A DNA stretch of 61,282 nucleotides, filler included, from a bacterium (GTDB taxonomy: Bacteria > UBA9089 > CG2-30-40-21 > SBAY01), in NCBI GenBank assembly GCA_040757115.1. It is 4 parts of 4 records of this genome, joined end to end, with 100 filler letters (N's around TTAATTAATTAA, not from the genome) between each part and the next. Parts side by side here need not be neighbours in the genome. Positions count along the whole stretch, not along the records: positions 1 to 15,447 come from JBFLYA010000085.1; 3 more parts are not named here. One strand, given 5' to 3'. Within the stretch, counting starts at the first letter, position 1. Each line of letters opens with the position of its first letter. Under the pieces are notes generated by a model, which was not told where the DNA came from, did not search any database, and worked only from the letters and a program-made list of their open reading frames with translations. This document shows positions 1 through 10,255 of the stretch, one piece after another. The position numbers and the translations under genes were made by a program.

Positions 1-181
1 TGTGGAAAACAACAAATTTCCATAAATTTCTATTAGTTTCTATTAATTTCAATTTTTTTAATAATATCTCCCTATCTCCTTAATCTCCACATCTCCTTTT
101 GTTACACCACCTGAACGCTTACATTTTCTTAAACCTCCTCATTTAATAAAGTTTTCTCTTCACATTTATTAGTAGCTATTT

Positions 182-2551
182 TCATTTTTTCCCCTTACCC
201 TTCTTAGGCGGTTTTGTGGCTAAAGCATCTTTACAGCTTATTTTTCCATCCTCTACCTCTATCCTTACTTTCCAACCTTTAATTCCCCGGCCTATCTTCT
301 CTCTTTCTAACATAGCCTGGCTTAAGGGTTCTTTAATCCTTTCCTCCACTATCCTTTTAATCTCCCGAGCACCATTTCTCTCACTATATCCGTCCTTAAT
401 AAGCAATTCCAATACTTCCTCACCAAAGGCAAGGGAGACTCCATACTCCTTAGACAGCCCTTTTCTGAAGGTCTCCAATTCTAAACTAATAATCTCCTTG
501 ATATTCTCTTTACTTAAGTGTTTAAAGAAAACAATCTTATCAATACGATTAAGGAACTCTGGTCTAAAAACCCTTCTTGTCGCATTCAAAGTCGCCTCTT
601 CTTGAGTGGGGGTAGCATCTCTCTGAAAACCCATTCTCTCATCAGGAGGCAGGTTTGAGGTCATTATAAAGATAGCATTCCTTCCATCAATGGTTCTACC
701 TTTAGCATCAGTCAGCCTGCCTTCATCAAAGAGCTGTAAAAATATATCTAAGACCTCAGGATGTGCCTTTTCTATCTCATCAAATAAGACTACAGAATAG
801 GGTTTAGAACGCAATTTACCCGTCAGTTGACCTTCTTCCTCATAACCTACATATCCGGGTGGGGCTCCGATTAATTTAGACACTGTATGCTTCTCCTGAT
901 ACTCTGACATATCCAGCCTTATCATCTCTTCCTCTGAACCAAAGAGAAGCTCGGCAATACCTTTGGCAGATAATGTCTTACCCACTCCAGTTGGTCCTAA
1001 AAAGAGGAATACCCCCAGCGGTCTATTCTTATCCCTCATCCCTGTCTTTGCCAGACGAATCTTATTGGCTACGATTGTTATCGCCTTCTCCTGACCCTTT
1101 ATTCTCTTTTTAAGATACTGGTCTAAATTAAGGAGTTTCTCTACCTCTTTTTCTGTCAATTTGCTTACCGGAATGCCCGTAAGTTTAGAAACAACCTTTG
1201 CCACCTCTTCTTCTGTTACCACACCACCAGTAGTTCTATCCTGTTTTATTCCATCCATACTTAACTGAGGCAGAGAGATATAGGCACAGGCTTCATCAAT
1301 TATATCTATTGCCTTATCAGGTAATTGCCGATAAGGAAGATAGCGCACAGAAAGCTCAACTGCTCTTACCAGAGCTTCGTCAGTGATTTTGACCTGATGA
1401 TGTGTTTCAAATCTTTCTTTTAATCGCTGTAAAATCTTTATTGTCTCCTCTGGTGTAGGTTCAGTTATCATAATTGGCTGAAACCTTCTCTCTAATGCGG
1501 CATCTTTTTCAATATACTTGCGGTATTCAGAGATGGTGGTAGCACCGATACAGGTTATTTCACCCTTTGTTAGAGCAGGCTTCAGGATATTTGCCGCATC
1601 CATACTCCCTTCTCCTTTACCTGCCCCCACAAGGTTATGTATCTCATCCAGAAACAAGATTACTGCTCGATGTTCTTTTGCCTCCTGGATTATCCCATTA
1701 AGCCTTTCCTCAAATTCGCCACGATACTTTGTGCCTGCCACCAGACTGCTAAGATTAAGTTCAAATATCCTTCTACCAATGAGATTTTTCCCATAAGCTA
1801 TTCTTTGGGCAAGCCCTTCTACGATAGCTGTCTTGCCAACACCTGCCTCACCAATAAGTACAGGGTTGTTCTTGGTCATTCTGCTTACTGTTCTTATTAT
1901 TGCATGCATCTCATCTCTTCTTCCTTCGATTGGCTTAAGATTACCTTCTTCTGCCTCTTTTACTAAATCTCTGGCATATTTAGGTATCCAGTAAAGTGCA
2001 GATTTTTTCTGACTTTCTTCTTTAATCTCATCTTCTGCCTTCATAAGCAATCCTTCTAAAGATTCCCCTTTTTTGAGTGCTTCTTCCTTTAATCTTTCTG
2101 GTTCAATCTTAAGCTCTTTAAATACTGCACTAATTATCTCACCTGGTTTCTCTAAGATAGCTACTAAAAGAAAAAGAACATTTACCATCCCCCCTTTACT
2201 TAACTCTTCAGCCTTTTGAAAATAGCCCCTACATTCAGCACTACGATGTATCACCTTCTCTTTATAGGCATAATCTTCTTGGGGCAGTTTTTCTCTAACC
2301 AGCCGGCGCAGTTGTGTCATATTTAAAGAGAAACTCTGCATCAAATTCTCTAACACCTTATATTCCATCTCTAATAACTGCTTTGCTTGTATTCCTAACT
2401 GATTTAGCATCTCCTTAGCCGCAAATATTTTCTCTAAGGATAAGCATCCATTAAATATATGCTCTTTCTCAATAAATTCTGATTTTTTATTTGCCGCCTC
2501 TGCCACCGCCATCTGCCAGGCAAGAGTTACCCCTATAGAAAGCTTATCCAT
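182..2551 (-). CDS. Clp/Hsp100 AAA+ ATPase (ClpA/ClpC-like, two nucleotide-binding domains, no ClpB middle coiled coil)
   Basis: Walker A motifs GEAGVGKT and [48 protein letters not shown]-like loop RMGF. ATG overlaps the upstream kinase stop (TGATG). Confidence 0.9.
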   Translation of the reverse strand: MDKLSIGVTLAWQMAVAEAANKKSEFIEKEHIFNGCLSLEKIFAAKEMLNQLGIQAKQLLEMEYKVLENLMQSFSLNMTQLRRLVREKLPQEDYAYKEKVIHRSAECRGYFQKAEELSKGGMVNVLFLLVAILEKPGEIISAVFKELKIEPERLKEEALKKGESLEGLLMKAEDEIKEESQKKSALYWIPKYARDLVKEAEEGNLKPIEGRRDEMHAIIRTVSRMTKNNPVLIGEAGVGKTAIVEGLAQRIAYGKNLIGRRIFELNLSSLVAGTKYRGEFEERLNGIIQEAKEHRAVILFLDEIHNLVGAGKGEGSMDAANILKPALTKGEITCIGATTISEYRKYIEKDAALERRFQPIMITEPTPEETIKILQRLKERFETHHQVKITDEALVRAVELSVRYLPYRQLPDKAIDIIDEACAYISLPQLSMDGIKQDRTTGGVVTEEEVAKVVSKLTGIPVSKLTEKEVEKLLNLDQYLKKRIKGQEKAITIVANKIRLAKTGMRDKNRPLGVFLFLGPTGVGKTLSAKGIAELLFGSEEEMIRLDMSEYQEKHTVSKLIGAPPGYVGYEEEGQLTGKLRSKPYSVVLFDEIEKAHPEVLDIFLQLFDEGRLTDAKGRTIDGRNAIFIMTSNLPPDERMGFQRDATPTQEEATLNATRRVFRPEFLNRIDKIVFFKHLSKENIKEIISLELETFRKGLSKEYGVSLAFGEEVLELLIKDGYSERNGAREIKRIVEERIKEPLSQAMLEREKIGRGIKGWKVRIEVEDGKISCKDALATKPPKKGKGKK

Positions 2552-4562
2552 CACCTACCTCCTAAGTATTGCAGAATCATTTGTTTTACCTGATGTGCCT
2601 GAGGTAAATCAGGATTTAACCTTATTGCCGCCTCAACACATTTCAATGCCTCCTGGAATCTGCCCAATATAGCTAATTCAATCCCTTTGTTAATCCATGC
2701 CTCTGCATACCTCGGGTTTATCTCCAATGCCTCATCATAGCAGGAGATTGCCTCCTGATGTTTGCCAAGATTTACTAAGGTAAGTCCTTTGTTATACCAT
2801 GCCTCTGCCAACCTCGGGTTTACCTCCAATGCCNNNNNNNNNNNNNNNNNNNNNNNNNNNNNNNNNNNNNNNNNNNNNNNNNNNNNNNNNNNNNNNNNNN
2901 NNNNNNNNNNNNNNNNNNNNNNNNNNNNNNNNNATACCTCGGGTTTATCTCCAATGCCTCATCATAGCAGGAGATTGCCTCCTGATGTTTGCCAAGATTT
3001 ACTAAGGTAAGTCCTTTGTTATACCATGCCTCTGCCAACCTCGGGTTTACCTCCAATGCCTCATCATAGCAGGATATTGCCTCCTGATATCTGCCAAGAT
3101 TTCCTAAGGCAACCCCTTTGTTATACCATGCCACTGCAAGCCTTGGGTTTATCTCCAATGCCTTATCATAGCAGGAGATTGCCTCATTATATCTACCAAG
3201 TCTTCCTAAGACATTCCCTTTGTTATACCATGCCACTGCATACCTTGGGTTTATCTCCAATGCCTTATCACAGCAGGAGATTGCTTCCTGAGGTCTGCCA
3301 AGATTGTCTAATGCAGTCCCTTTGTTATTCCATGTCTCTGCATCCCTTGGGTCTATCTCCAATGCCTCATCATAGCAGGAAATTGCCTCCTGATATCTGC
3401 CAAGATTTTTTAAGGTAACTCCTTTGTTATTCCATACCTCTGCATCCTTTGGGTTTATCTCCAATGCCTCATCATAGCAGGAGATTGCCTCCTGACTTCT
3501 ACCAAGATTTAATAAGGCAGTCCCTTTGTTACTAAGTTCCCATGCCTCTAATTTTTCCCTCTCAGGTGGGGTTATTTTTTCCCCGGTCTCTTTTAAAAGC
3601 AGGTTTTGTAGTTCCTCCCTGATAAGGGTAAAATTCTGGTATCTTTTATCTGGCTCTTTTTCTAAACATTTTTTAATTATCGGGAAAAGGGATGCTGAAA
3701 CCCCTGAAACAAGTTCAGGGTCAGCATGACATATGCCAGGGGGAGAAGGAAGGGGAGGAATCTTACCATATCTATGTAGCCGCTCATATTCTTCTCCGTT
3801 TCTACCCACAAAAGGTAATCTTCCATTTCCCGCCATCTGGTATAAGACAAGACCAAAGCTATAGACATCAGACCTTTTGTCGGCCAATCCTTCAAACTGC
3901 TCTGGTGCCATATAAGGAAGTGTGCCACAAACCCTCTTCCCCTTACTTCTAAATATGCTTAAAGAAGATGCTTTCTCTGCAATAACATCCCCCTTAAGTT
4001 CTATCTCTTGAAATGCCTTAGCTAAACCAAAGTCGGTTATCTTTACCGTCTTATCAAAGGTAATCATAATATTATCTGGTTTTATGTCCCGGTGGCTATC
4101 TATCCCTTTAGAGTAGGCATACTCCATACCATAACAAAACTGGATGGAGAATCTTAAGACCTCAGATAGGGTCAAATCCCCAAGATAATGGCTTAAGGTA
4201 TTTCTTCCCTGTCTATCCGGGGCAATATATTCAAGGACAATAAATAGCCTTCCCTCTAATCTCTCTACCCAAAAAGCACGGACAATATAGGGGTGTCTTT
4301 CCAATTCTGTCCAGACCCGGGCTTCTCTTTCAAATAGCCTTTGGCTATCTTCAGAAAAAAGGTATTGCTCCTGAAAGGTCTTAAGGGCATAAGGTATTTT
4401 ATGTTCGTGGTCATAGCAGACATAGACCATACCCATTCCTCCTCCTAATACCTGGTAAATCTCATATCGGTTACCAATCCTATCCCCTACCTGCCATCTA
4501 CCTGTGTTTGCCCTACTTCTTTCTGCACTCTCTCTTTTCCCCAAACCTCTAAATATACCCAT
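2551..4562 (-). CDS. Ser/Thr protein kinase with C-terminal TPR array (one gene; split in the ORF track by a scaffold gap)
   Basis: LGGGMGMVY, HRDIKPDN, DFG, GTLPYMAPE; 34-aa TPR units. The 127 bp on each side of the N gap are identical (2707-2833 = 2934-3060). ATG 4562 follows a GAGGAGG RBS. Confidence 0.88.
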
Positions 4563-4701
4563 TGTTTCGCCTCCTCTGTCCTGTTGGAATGCTCCTGGAT
4601 AAAACCTATTTTTAATCAAAAATCTGGATGTGTTTAGTGAAGTTTGTTTTAGTGTTTAGTGATTTTTTATCCCTAAACACTAAACTCTAAACACATACGA
4701 T

Positions 4702-4998
4702 TTACAATATTATTTCATAATAACCACTGCGCTTTGAACCAACAAATTTTATTTTGCCTTCTTTTTTCAATTCCTCTATATCCCTCTCAATTGTTTTATT
4801 ACTTACCGCTAATTCCTTTGCCAGGGTGACAAAAGTAAATAATTCTTTTGATTTTATTTTGTTATATATATATTCTTTGCGTTCCTTTTTAGTAGCATCT
4901 TTAAGGAAGACTTTACCGACATTTTTCACCGACACTTTACCGACACTTTTCACCGACATCTTATGGACATCTTTAGTGATATGCCGATAAAAAGTTAT
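4702..4998 (-). pseudogene. 3' remnant (repeat linker + winged HTH) of an AlbA/RecG-C-like ATP-binding gene
   Basis: YITFYR...LAKELAVSNKTIERDIEELKKEGKIKFVGSKRSGYYEI resembles the wHTH at 28729-28900; 5' end is cut by the element at 4999-5256. Confidence 0.6.
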
Positions 4999-5256
4999 GT
5001 AACCGTTCAGATAGTAATTCACCGCAGAGACGCAGAGGAACAGAGAAGACATAGAAATAAATCAGATCACAGAAAAGATTATTGAGGTAATCTTTGTAAT
5101 ACATAGGACATCAAAACCAAATTTGTTAATCAATTCATGATATATTATTGGTCCTCAAAAGCTTGCTCTGATGAAAATCAGGGATGGAATGAAGCGTATG
5201 GTAAATAGTTTTTAATTTTTTCTCTGCGTCTCTCTGTCTCTGCGGTGAACAGTTAC
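4999..5256 (+). mobile_element. Miniature element, family C (GTAA...TTAC ends; CCGCAGAGACGCAGAG palindromic arms) with a gutted GxxExxY-like gene
   Basis: Ends GTAACCGTTCAG / GTGAACAGTTAC; interior translates IEINQITEKIIEVIFVIHRT (from 5051) and KIRDGMKRMVNSF* (to 5215). Confidence 0.75.
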
Positions 5257-5329
5257 CTAATTTTTTATTTGCCGCCTCTGCTACCGCAATCTGCCAGGCA
5301 AGAGTTGCCCCTATAGAAAGCTTATCCAT
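5257..5329 (-). pseudogene. 5' stub (~23 codons) of a second Clp ATPase copy
   Basis: [23 protein letters not shown] nearly matches the start of 182-2551 and is then cut by the element. Confidence 0.85.
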
Positions 5330-5332
5330 CGC

Positions 5333-7330
5333 CTACCTCCTTAAGTCTTGTAGAATCATTTGTTTTAGCTGGTGAACCATTGGTAAATCAGGATTTAACC
5401 TTATTGCCTCATCAATACATTCTAATGCCTTTTGAAACCTTCTCAACTTTGCTAAGGCAAGCCCTTTATTATACCATGCCTCTGCATACCTTGGGTTTAT
5501 CTCCAATGCCTTATCAAAGCAGGAGATTGCCTCCTCATATCTGCCAAGATTTCCTAAGGCAATCCCTTTGTTAATCCATGCCTCTGCCAACCTTGGGTTT
5601 ATCTCCAATGCCTTATCATAGCAGGAGATTGCTTCCTCATGTCTGCCAAGATTGTCTAAGGCAAACCCTTTGTTAATCCATGCCTCTGCCAACCTTGGGT
5701 TTATCTCCAATGCTTCATCACAGCAGGAGATTGCCTCCTCATATCTGCCAAGCTTTCCTAATGCACCCCCTTTGTTAGACCATGCCTCTGCATACCTTCG
5801 GTTTATCTCCAATGCCTCATCATAGCAGGAGATTGCCTCCTCACTTTTACCAAGATTTACTAAGGCATTTCCTTTGCTATACCATGCCTCTGCATCCTTT
5901 GGGTTTATCTTCAATGCCTTATCAAAACAGGAGATTGCTTCCTGATGTCTACCAAGATTGCCTAATGCACTCCCTTTATTATTCCATGTCTCTGTCAGCC
6001 TTGGGTTTATCTCCAATGCCTTATCACAGCAGAAGATTGCCTCCTGATGTCTACCAAGATTCCCTAAGGCAAGCCCTTTGTTATACCATGCCAGTGCCTC
6101 TCTTGGATTTATCTTCAATATCTCATCAAAATAGGATATTGCCTCCTGATGTTTACCAAGCCTTCTTAATACATTCCCTTTGTTACCCCATGCCTCTGCA
6201 TACCTTGGGTTTATCGCCAATGCCTCATCATAGCAGGATATTGCCTCCTGATGTCTACCAAGATTCCCTAAGGCAAACCCTTTGTTATACCATACCTCTG
6301 CATCCCTTGGGTTTATCTTCAATGCCTTATCAAAACAGGAGACTGCCTCCTGAAGTCTACCAAGATTTAATAAGGCGGCCCCTTTGTTATAAAGTTCTCC
6401 TGCCTCTAATTCTTCCCTCTCAGGTGGGGTTATTCTTTCCCCTATTTCTTTTAAAAGCAGGTTTTCTAACTCCTCCCTGATAGAGGTAAAATCCTGGTAT
6501 CTTTTATCTGGCTCTTTTTCTAAACATCTTTTAATGATCGAGAAAAGAGGAGAGGGAAGGAGAGGAATCTTACCATATCTATGTAACCGCTCATATTCTT
6601 TTATACTACTGCCCACAAAAGGTAATCTCCCATTTCCTGCCATCTGGTATAAGACAATACCAAAGCTATAGACATCAGACCTTTTGTCGGTAACCCCCTC
6701 AAACTGCTCTGGTGCCATATAAGGAAGTGTGCCACAAACCCTCTTCCCTTTGCTTCTAAATATGCTTAAAGAAGATACCCCTTCTGTGATAACATCCCCC
6801 TTAAATTCTATCTCTTGAAATGCCTTAGCTAAACCAAAATCGCTTATCTTTACCGTCTTATTAGAGGTTATCATAATATTATCTGGTTTTATGTCCCGAT
6901 GGCAATCTATCCCTTTAGAGTAGGCATACTCCATACCATAACAAAACTGGATGGAGAATTTTAAGACTTCCTGTAGGGTCAAATCCCCAAGAAGATAATG
7001 GCTTAAGGTATTTCTTCTCTGTCTATCTGGAGGAATATATTCAAGGAAAATAAATAGCCTTCCTTCTAATCTACCTACCCAATGAGCACGGACAATATAG
7101 GGATGCCTTTCCAATTCTGTCCAGACCAGGGCTTCTCTTTCAAATAACCTTTGGCCATCTTCAGAAAAAAGGTATTGCTCCTGAAAGGTCTTAAGGGCAA
7201 CAGGTATTTTAAATTCGTGGTCATAGCAGACATAGACAATACCCATTCCTCCCCCTAATACCTGGTAAATCTCATATCGGTCAGCAATTCTATCCCTAAC
7301 CTGCCATCTACTTGTGTTTGTTTTCCCCAT
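5333..7330 (-). CDS. Ser/Thr protein kinase with ~10 TPRs (paralog of 2551-4562)
   Basis: Same kinase motifs (HRDIKPDN, DFG, APE); ten 34-aa NKG-type TPR units encoded by 102-bp repeats. Confidence 0.92.
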   Translation of the reverse strand: MGKTNTSRWQVRDRIADRYEIYQVLGGGMGIVYVCYDHEFKIPVALKTFQEQYLFSEDGQRLFEREALVWTELERHPYIVRAHWVGRLEGRLFIFLEYIPPDRQRRNTLSHYLLGDLTLQEVLKFSIQFCYGMEYAYSKGIDCHRDIKPDNIMITSNKTVKISDFGLAKAFQEIEFKGDVITEGVSSLSIFRSKGKRVCGTLPYMAPEQFEGVTDKRSDVYSFGIVLYQMAGNGRLPFVGSSIKEYERLHRYGKIPLLPSPLFSIIKRCLEKEPDKRYQDFTSIREELENLLLKEIGERITPPEREELEAGELYNKGAALLNLGRLQEAVSCFDKALKINPRDAEVWYNKGFALGNLGRHQEAISCYDEALAINPRYAEAWGNKGNVLRRLGKHQEAISYFDEILKINPREALAWYNKGLALGNLGRHQEAIFCCDKALEINPRLTETWNNKGSALGNLGRHQEAISCFDKALKINPKDAEAWYSKGNALVNLGKSEEAISCYDEALEINRRYAEAWSNKGGALGKLGRYEEAISCCDEALEINPRLAEAWINKGFALDNLGRHEEAISCYDKALEINPRLAEAWINKGIALGNLGRYEEAISCFDKALEINPRYAEAWYNKGLALAKLRRFQKALECIDEAIRLNPDLPMVHQLKQMILQDLRR

Positions 7331-7341
7331 CGTTTCACCAC

Positions 7342-8094
7342 CTATAATTTTTCTAAGACCATTTCCTTAATATTCTCAGCAATTCTTCTTTGGTTTAAAG
7401 GTAGAAATTTTCCGAGGTCTAATTTTAATCTTTTCTGGTCAAATCCCCTGATTTTATCTACTAAATCCTTCTGGGTTACTCTTCTGTTATAATATTCCAT
7501 TTTCTTATTAACCATCACCCAGTCAATTTGTATTCCTTTTGAAAGAAGATACCAGATGTCAAAAAGGTCTCTGCCTTTTACCCTATGTATCAATGCCCTT
7601 ATTTTTTCTGTTAGAATCTCTTCCCACGACAGGCATTTGATAATAGGATATGGGCTGATGGGAAATAATGTCTCCATAACAACATCTTTTTCAGTCAAAG
7701 GCTTTTCCCTTAAAGAAAATTCCAGATGAACATTTAAGGGAAATTTCAACTCATCAGTCTTGTATCGCAAAAATCCTGTGAGACTGTTAATGTTAGAAGT
7801 AATCTGTCTTAATTCTATTTCAGGCATAAGAAGATTTATTTTTCTGATAATTTTGATGAGTAACTTTTTTATTTCATCAGCAGATATTAAAGAGGTAAAA
7901 TCTAAATCTTCTGAAAATCTGAAGGAATTAAGAATTAGTCTCAAGGCTGTGCCGCCTTTGAAATAAATTTTTGAACTCTCTTTTTGCTCATAAAGCGCCG
8001 CCAGAAAAAGAATCTGCAAATACTCTCTTAAACAAGTGAACTCGTCAATAGCAAATTTATGTGATAATTCTCTAACCTGTTCTTTACTAATCAT
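7342..8094 (-). CDS. abiEii: AbiEii/AbiGii-family nucleotidyltransferase toxin
   Basis: FKGGTAL, RFSEDLDF, EKIRAL, RDLFDI motifs; overlaps the upstream antitoxin gene. Confidence 0.9.
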   Translation of the reverse strand: MISKEQVRELSHKFAIDEFTCLREYLQILFLAALYEQKESSKIYFKGGTALRLILNSFRFSEDLDFTSLISADEIKKLLIKIIRKINLLMPEIELRQITSNINSLTGFLRYKTDELKFPLNVHLEFSLREKPLTEKDVVMETLFPISPYPIIKCLSWEEILTEKIRALIHRVKGRDLFDIWYLLSKGIQIDWVMVNKKMEYYNRRVTQKDLVDKIRGFDQKRLKLDLGKFLPLNQRRIAENIKEMVLEKL

Positions 8095-8681
8095 AGTTTT
8101 ATATTCAATGAATCAAAGAAATTGCCAAAAATTTCACTCTTAATCTTGCCAGATAGTTCTCTTAACCTCTTTTTATCAATCTTATCTAATACCCATTCTT
8201 CAGGATTAATTACCGTTCTCCCATAACTTGCAAAGAAGATGGTATCAACAATGGCTTTTTCAGGGGTTGCGATAAGAAAATGTTGCTCTTTAATATAATC
8301 TGAATAATATCTTTGGTCTAAATGAAAATAGGCAAATTCTTTATTTACCGCCCTTATTTTTTTAGCCCTTTTGATGGTAACTGAAGTTATAACCTGTGGC
8401 ACCTGAATTAAAATACCATAGTATGCCAGAGCAGATTCTAAAGAAACATAGGAGGGTTTATAGAGGAAATTAGCTATCTCAAAATCTGTAGGTTTTTTAT
8501 CTTTTAAACAATATACTCCTTTAGCTATTCTGTCTAATAGACCCTCCTTCGTCAGCCTATTTGCCTGAATGTAGGCGATGTTATCACTTTCACTTCTGAG
8601 GAGTTTTTTAAGGTCAATCAGACTAAAAATATCTCTTCTGGATTTCTGTAATATAAGCAGTGCTTCTATCTTCTTCATCAT
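8091..8681 (-). CDS. abiEi: AbiEi-family antitoxin (type IV TA)
   Basis: RIAKGVY, PSYVSLESALAYYGIL, IATPEKAIVD; directly upstream of AbiEii. Confidence 0.87.
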   Translation of the reverse strand: MMKKIEALLILQKSRRDIFSLIDLKKLLRSESDNIAYIQANRLTKEGLLDRIAKGVYCLKDKKPTDFEIANFLYKPSYVSLESALAYYGILIQVPQVITSVTIKRAKKIRAVNKEFAYFHLDQRYYSDYIKEQHFLIATPEKAIVDTIFFASYGRTVINPEEWVLDKIDKKRLRELSGKIKSEIFGNFFDSLNIKL

Positions 8682-8689
8682 CTATCCTT

Positions 8690-8739
8690 ATATGCATTAT
8701 TCTTAACAATATTGTAAAGGATTATGTATATATTGTCAA
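8690..8739 (-). promoter_or_regulatory. abiE promoter (TTGACA-17-TACAAT) overlapped by an inverted repeat with 21-bp arms (probable AbiEi operator)
   Basis: -35 at 8734-8739, -10 at 8711-8716; arms 8690-8710 and 8711-8731 pair at 17 of 21 positions. Confidence 0.7.
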
Positions 8740-8781
8740 GCAAAAATTAAATTGAACCCTACATTTTTTCAAATACCTGGC

Positions 8782-9085
8782 GTAATTATTCAGCCACAGA
8801 TAAATACGGATGAAACACTGAAAATTCGTAATCCGTGTCCGTTTTCCGTGTCCGTAATCAGGCTGAAGGCTGATGGCTGAAAATTCAGGTATAGTGCCTC
8901 GTGTCTCCTCTCCTTCTCCGCTTCTCCCTTTCTCCGTTTCCCCGTTTCCCCCTTTCTCATTTGTCCTCTACCCTCTGCCTTCTGCCCTCTGCCCTCTGCC
9001 TTCTGCCCTCTGCCCTCTGCCCTCTGCCTTCTGCCCCCTGTATTTATCCGTGCTAATCCGTGTCAATCAGTGGCTGAATAGTTAC
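8782..9085. mobile_element. Miniature element, family B (GTAA..TTCAGCCAC ends) with CCCTCTG heptamer tract
   Basis: Ends GTAATTATTCAGCCAC / GTGGCTGAATAGTTAC; arms shared with 58016-58343 and 57014-57105. Confidence 0.75.
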
Positions 9086-9199
9086 AGTCCTTTTTGAAAT
9101 TTGATTTGTAATTTTGCTTTTTGATATTTGATTTAATTTCAGGTCTAACTCTCAGTTTTTCCCCCAAATCCTATTTTGCAGAACCATAGAAAAGAAGCC

Positions 9200-10255
9200 T
9201 TAATATCTTCTGCAAATACTATCTATCTTTCCCAAAAAGGCATTGTTTTCTTGTTCATTACCAATAGTTACTCGAAGGCAGTTAGGGATATCATCATTCA
9301 AATTACGAATTAATATCCCTTCTTCAACTAAATTTGAAAAAAGGGTATCTGCCGGGATATTAAGGGTTTTAAATAAAATAAAATTAGCATCACTGGGGTA
9401 AGGCATAATGCCCGTTATTCCTTTAAGAAATCCATAGACCCTTTCTCGCTCGCTTATTATCTGGTTAATTCGAGGTTGTAAAAGGTATCTAAAATTTTCT
9501 ATGGCACAAGTCGCCACTGCTTGAGAAAAAGCATTCAGGTTATAGGGCAATTTTACTTTGAGAAGTTCATCGATTATTTGAGAATTAGCAATCAAATATC
9601 CAATTCTTAATCCGGCTAAACCAAATGCCTTAGAAAATGTCCTTACAATTATTACCTGCGGGTAAATGTTAATCAGTGAAATGAAGGTTTCCTTTGAAAA
9701 CTCAAAGTAGGCTTCATCAATAATTATTAATGAGGTTGGCGATTCGTCAATAATTTCTAATACCTTTTCTTTTGAAAAAGAGTTTCCTGTTGGATTATTT
9801 GGATAAGCGAGAAAAATAATGGAAGGAGTATCCCTGGTTATTTTCAATATCTTTTCCTCATTTAATTCAAATTTGTCAGTTAAAGGTATTCCAATTGGCG
9901 TGGTGTTAGTAATCTGGGATAATATTTTATACATGGCAAAGGTAGGTGTGGGAAAAACAACTTGACCTGCGTTAAAAGTTAGCAGAATGTATAAGATTAG
10001 TTCATCAGAACCATTACCAACCAAAATTTCTTTTTTATTTATGCCAAGATATGCGGCAATAGTCTGGCGTAATTCATTTGAAAGTGGGTCGGGATAACGA
10101 TTAAAACCAGTAATCTTTTCTTTAAGCAATTCTTTTATTTCGTCTGGTAAGTCATAGGGATTTTCCATCGCATCTAATTTAATTGGGCAGGAAATATCCG
10201 GTATTTGGTATGGTTTTAAGGTTTTAATATTTTCTTTGACTAATGATTCAATCAT
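9200..10255 (-). CDS. hisC: Histidinol-phosphate aminotransferase
   Basis: KLDAMENP, RYPDP, GNGSDELI, PNNPTG, DEAY, RTFSKAFGLAGLRIGY. Confidence 0.93.
   Translation of the reverse strand: MIESLVKENIKTLKPYQIPDISCPIKLDAMENPYDLPDEIKELLKEKITGFNRYPDPLSNELRQTIAAYLGINKKEILVGNGSDELILYILLTFNAGQVVFPTPTFAMYKILSQITNTTPIGIPLTDKFELNEEKILKITRDTPSIIFLAYPNNPTGNSFSKEKVLEIIDESPTSLIIIDEAYFEFSKETFISLINIYPQVIIVRTFSKAFGLAGLRIGYLIANSQIIDELLKVKLPYNLNAFSQAVATCAIENFRYLLQPRINQIISERERVYGFLKGITGIMPYPSDANFILFKTLNIPADTLFSNLVEEGILIRNLNDDIPNCLRVTIGNEQENNAFLGKIDSICRRY

Noticed and set aside
2707-3060. Apparent split kinase and separate 92-aa TPR gene
   Set aside because: Identical 127-bp sequence flanks a 100-N gap, typical of a k-mer overlap scaffolding artifact; treated as one gene.
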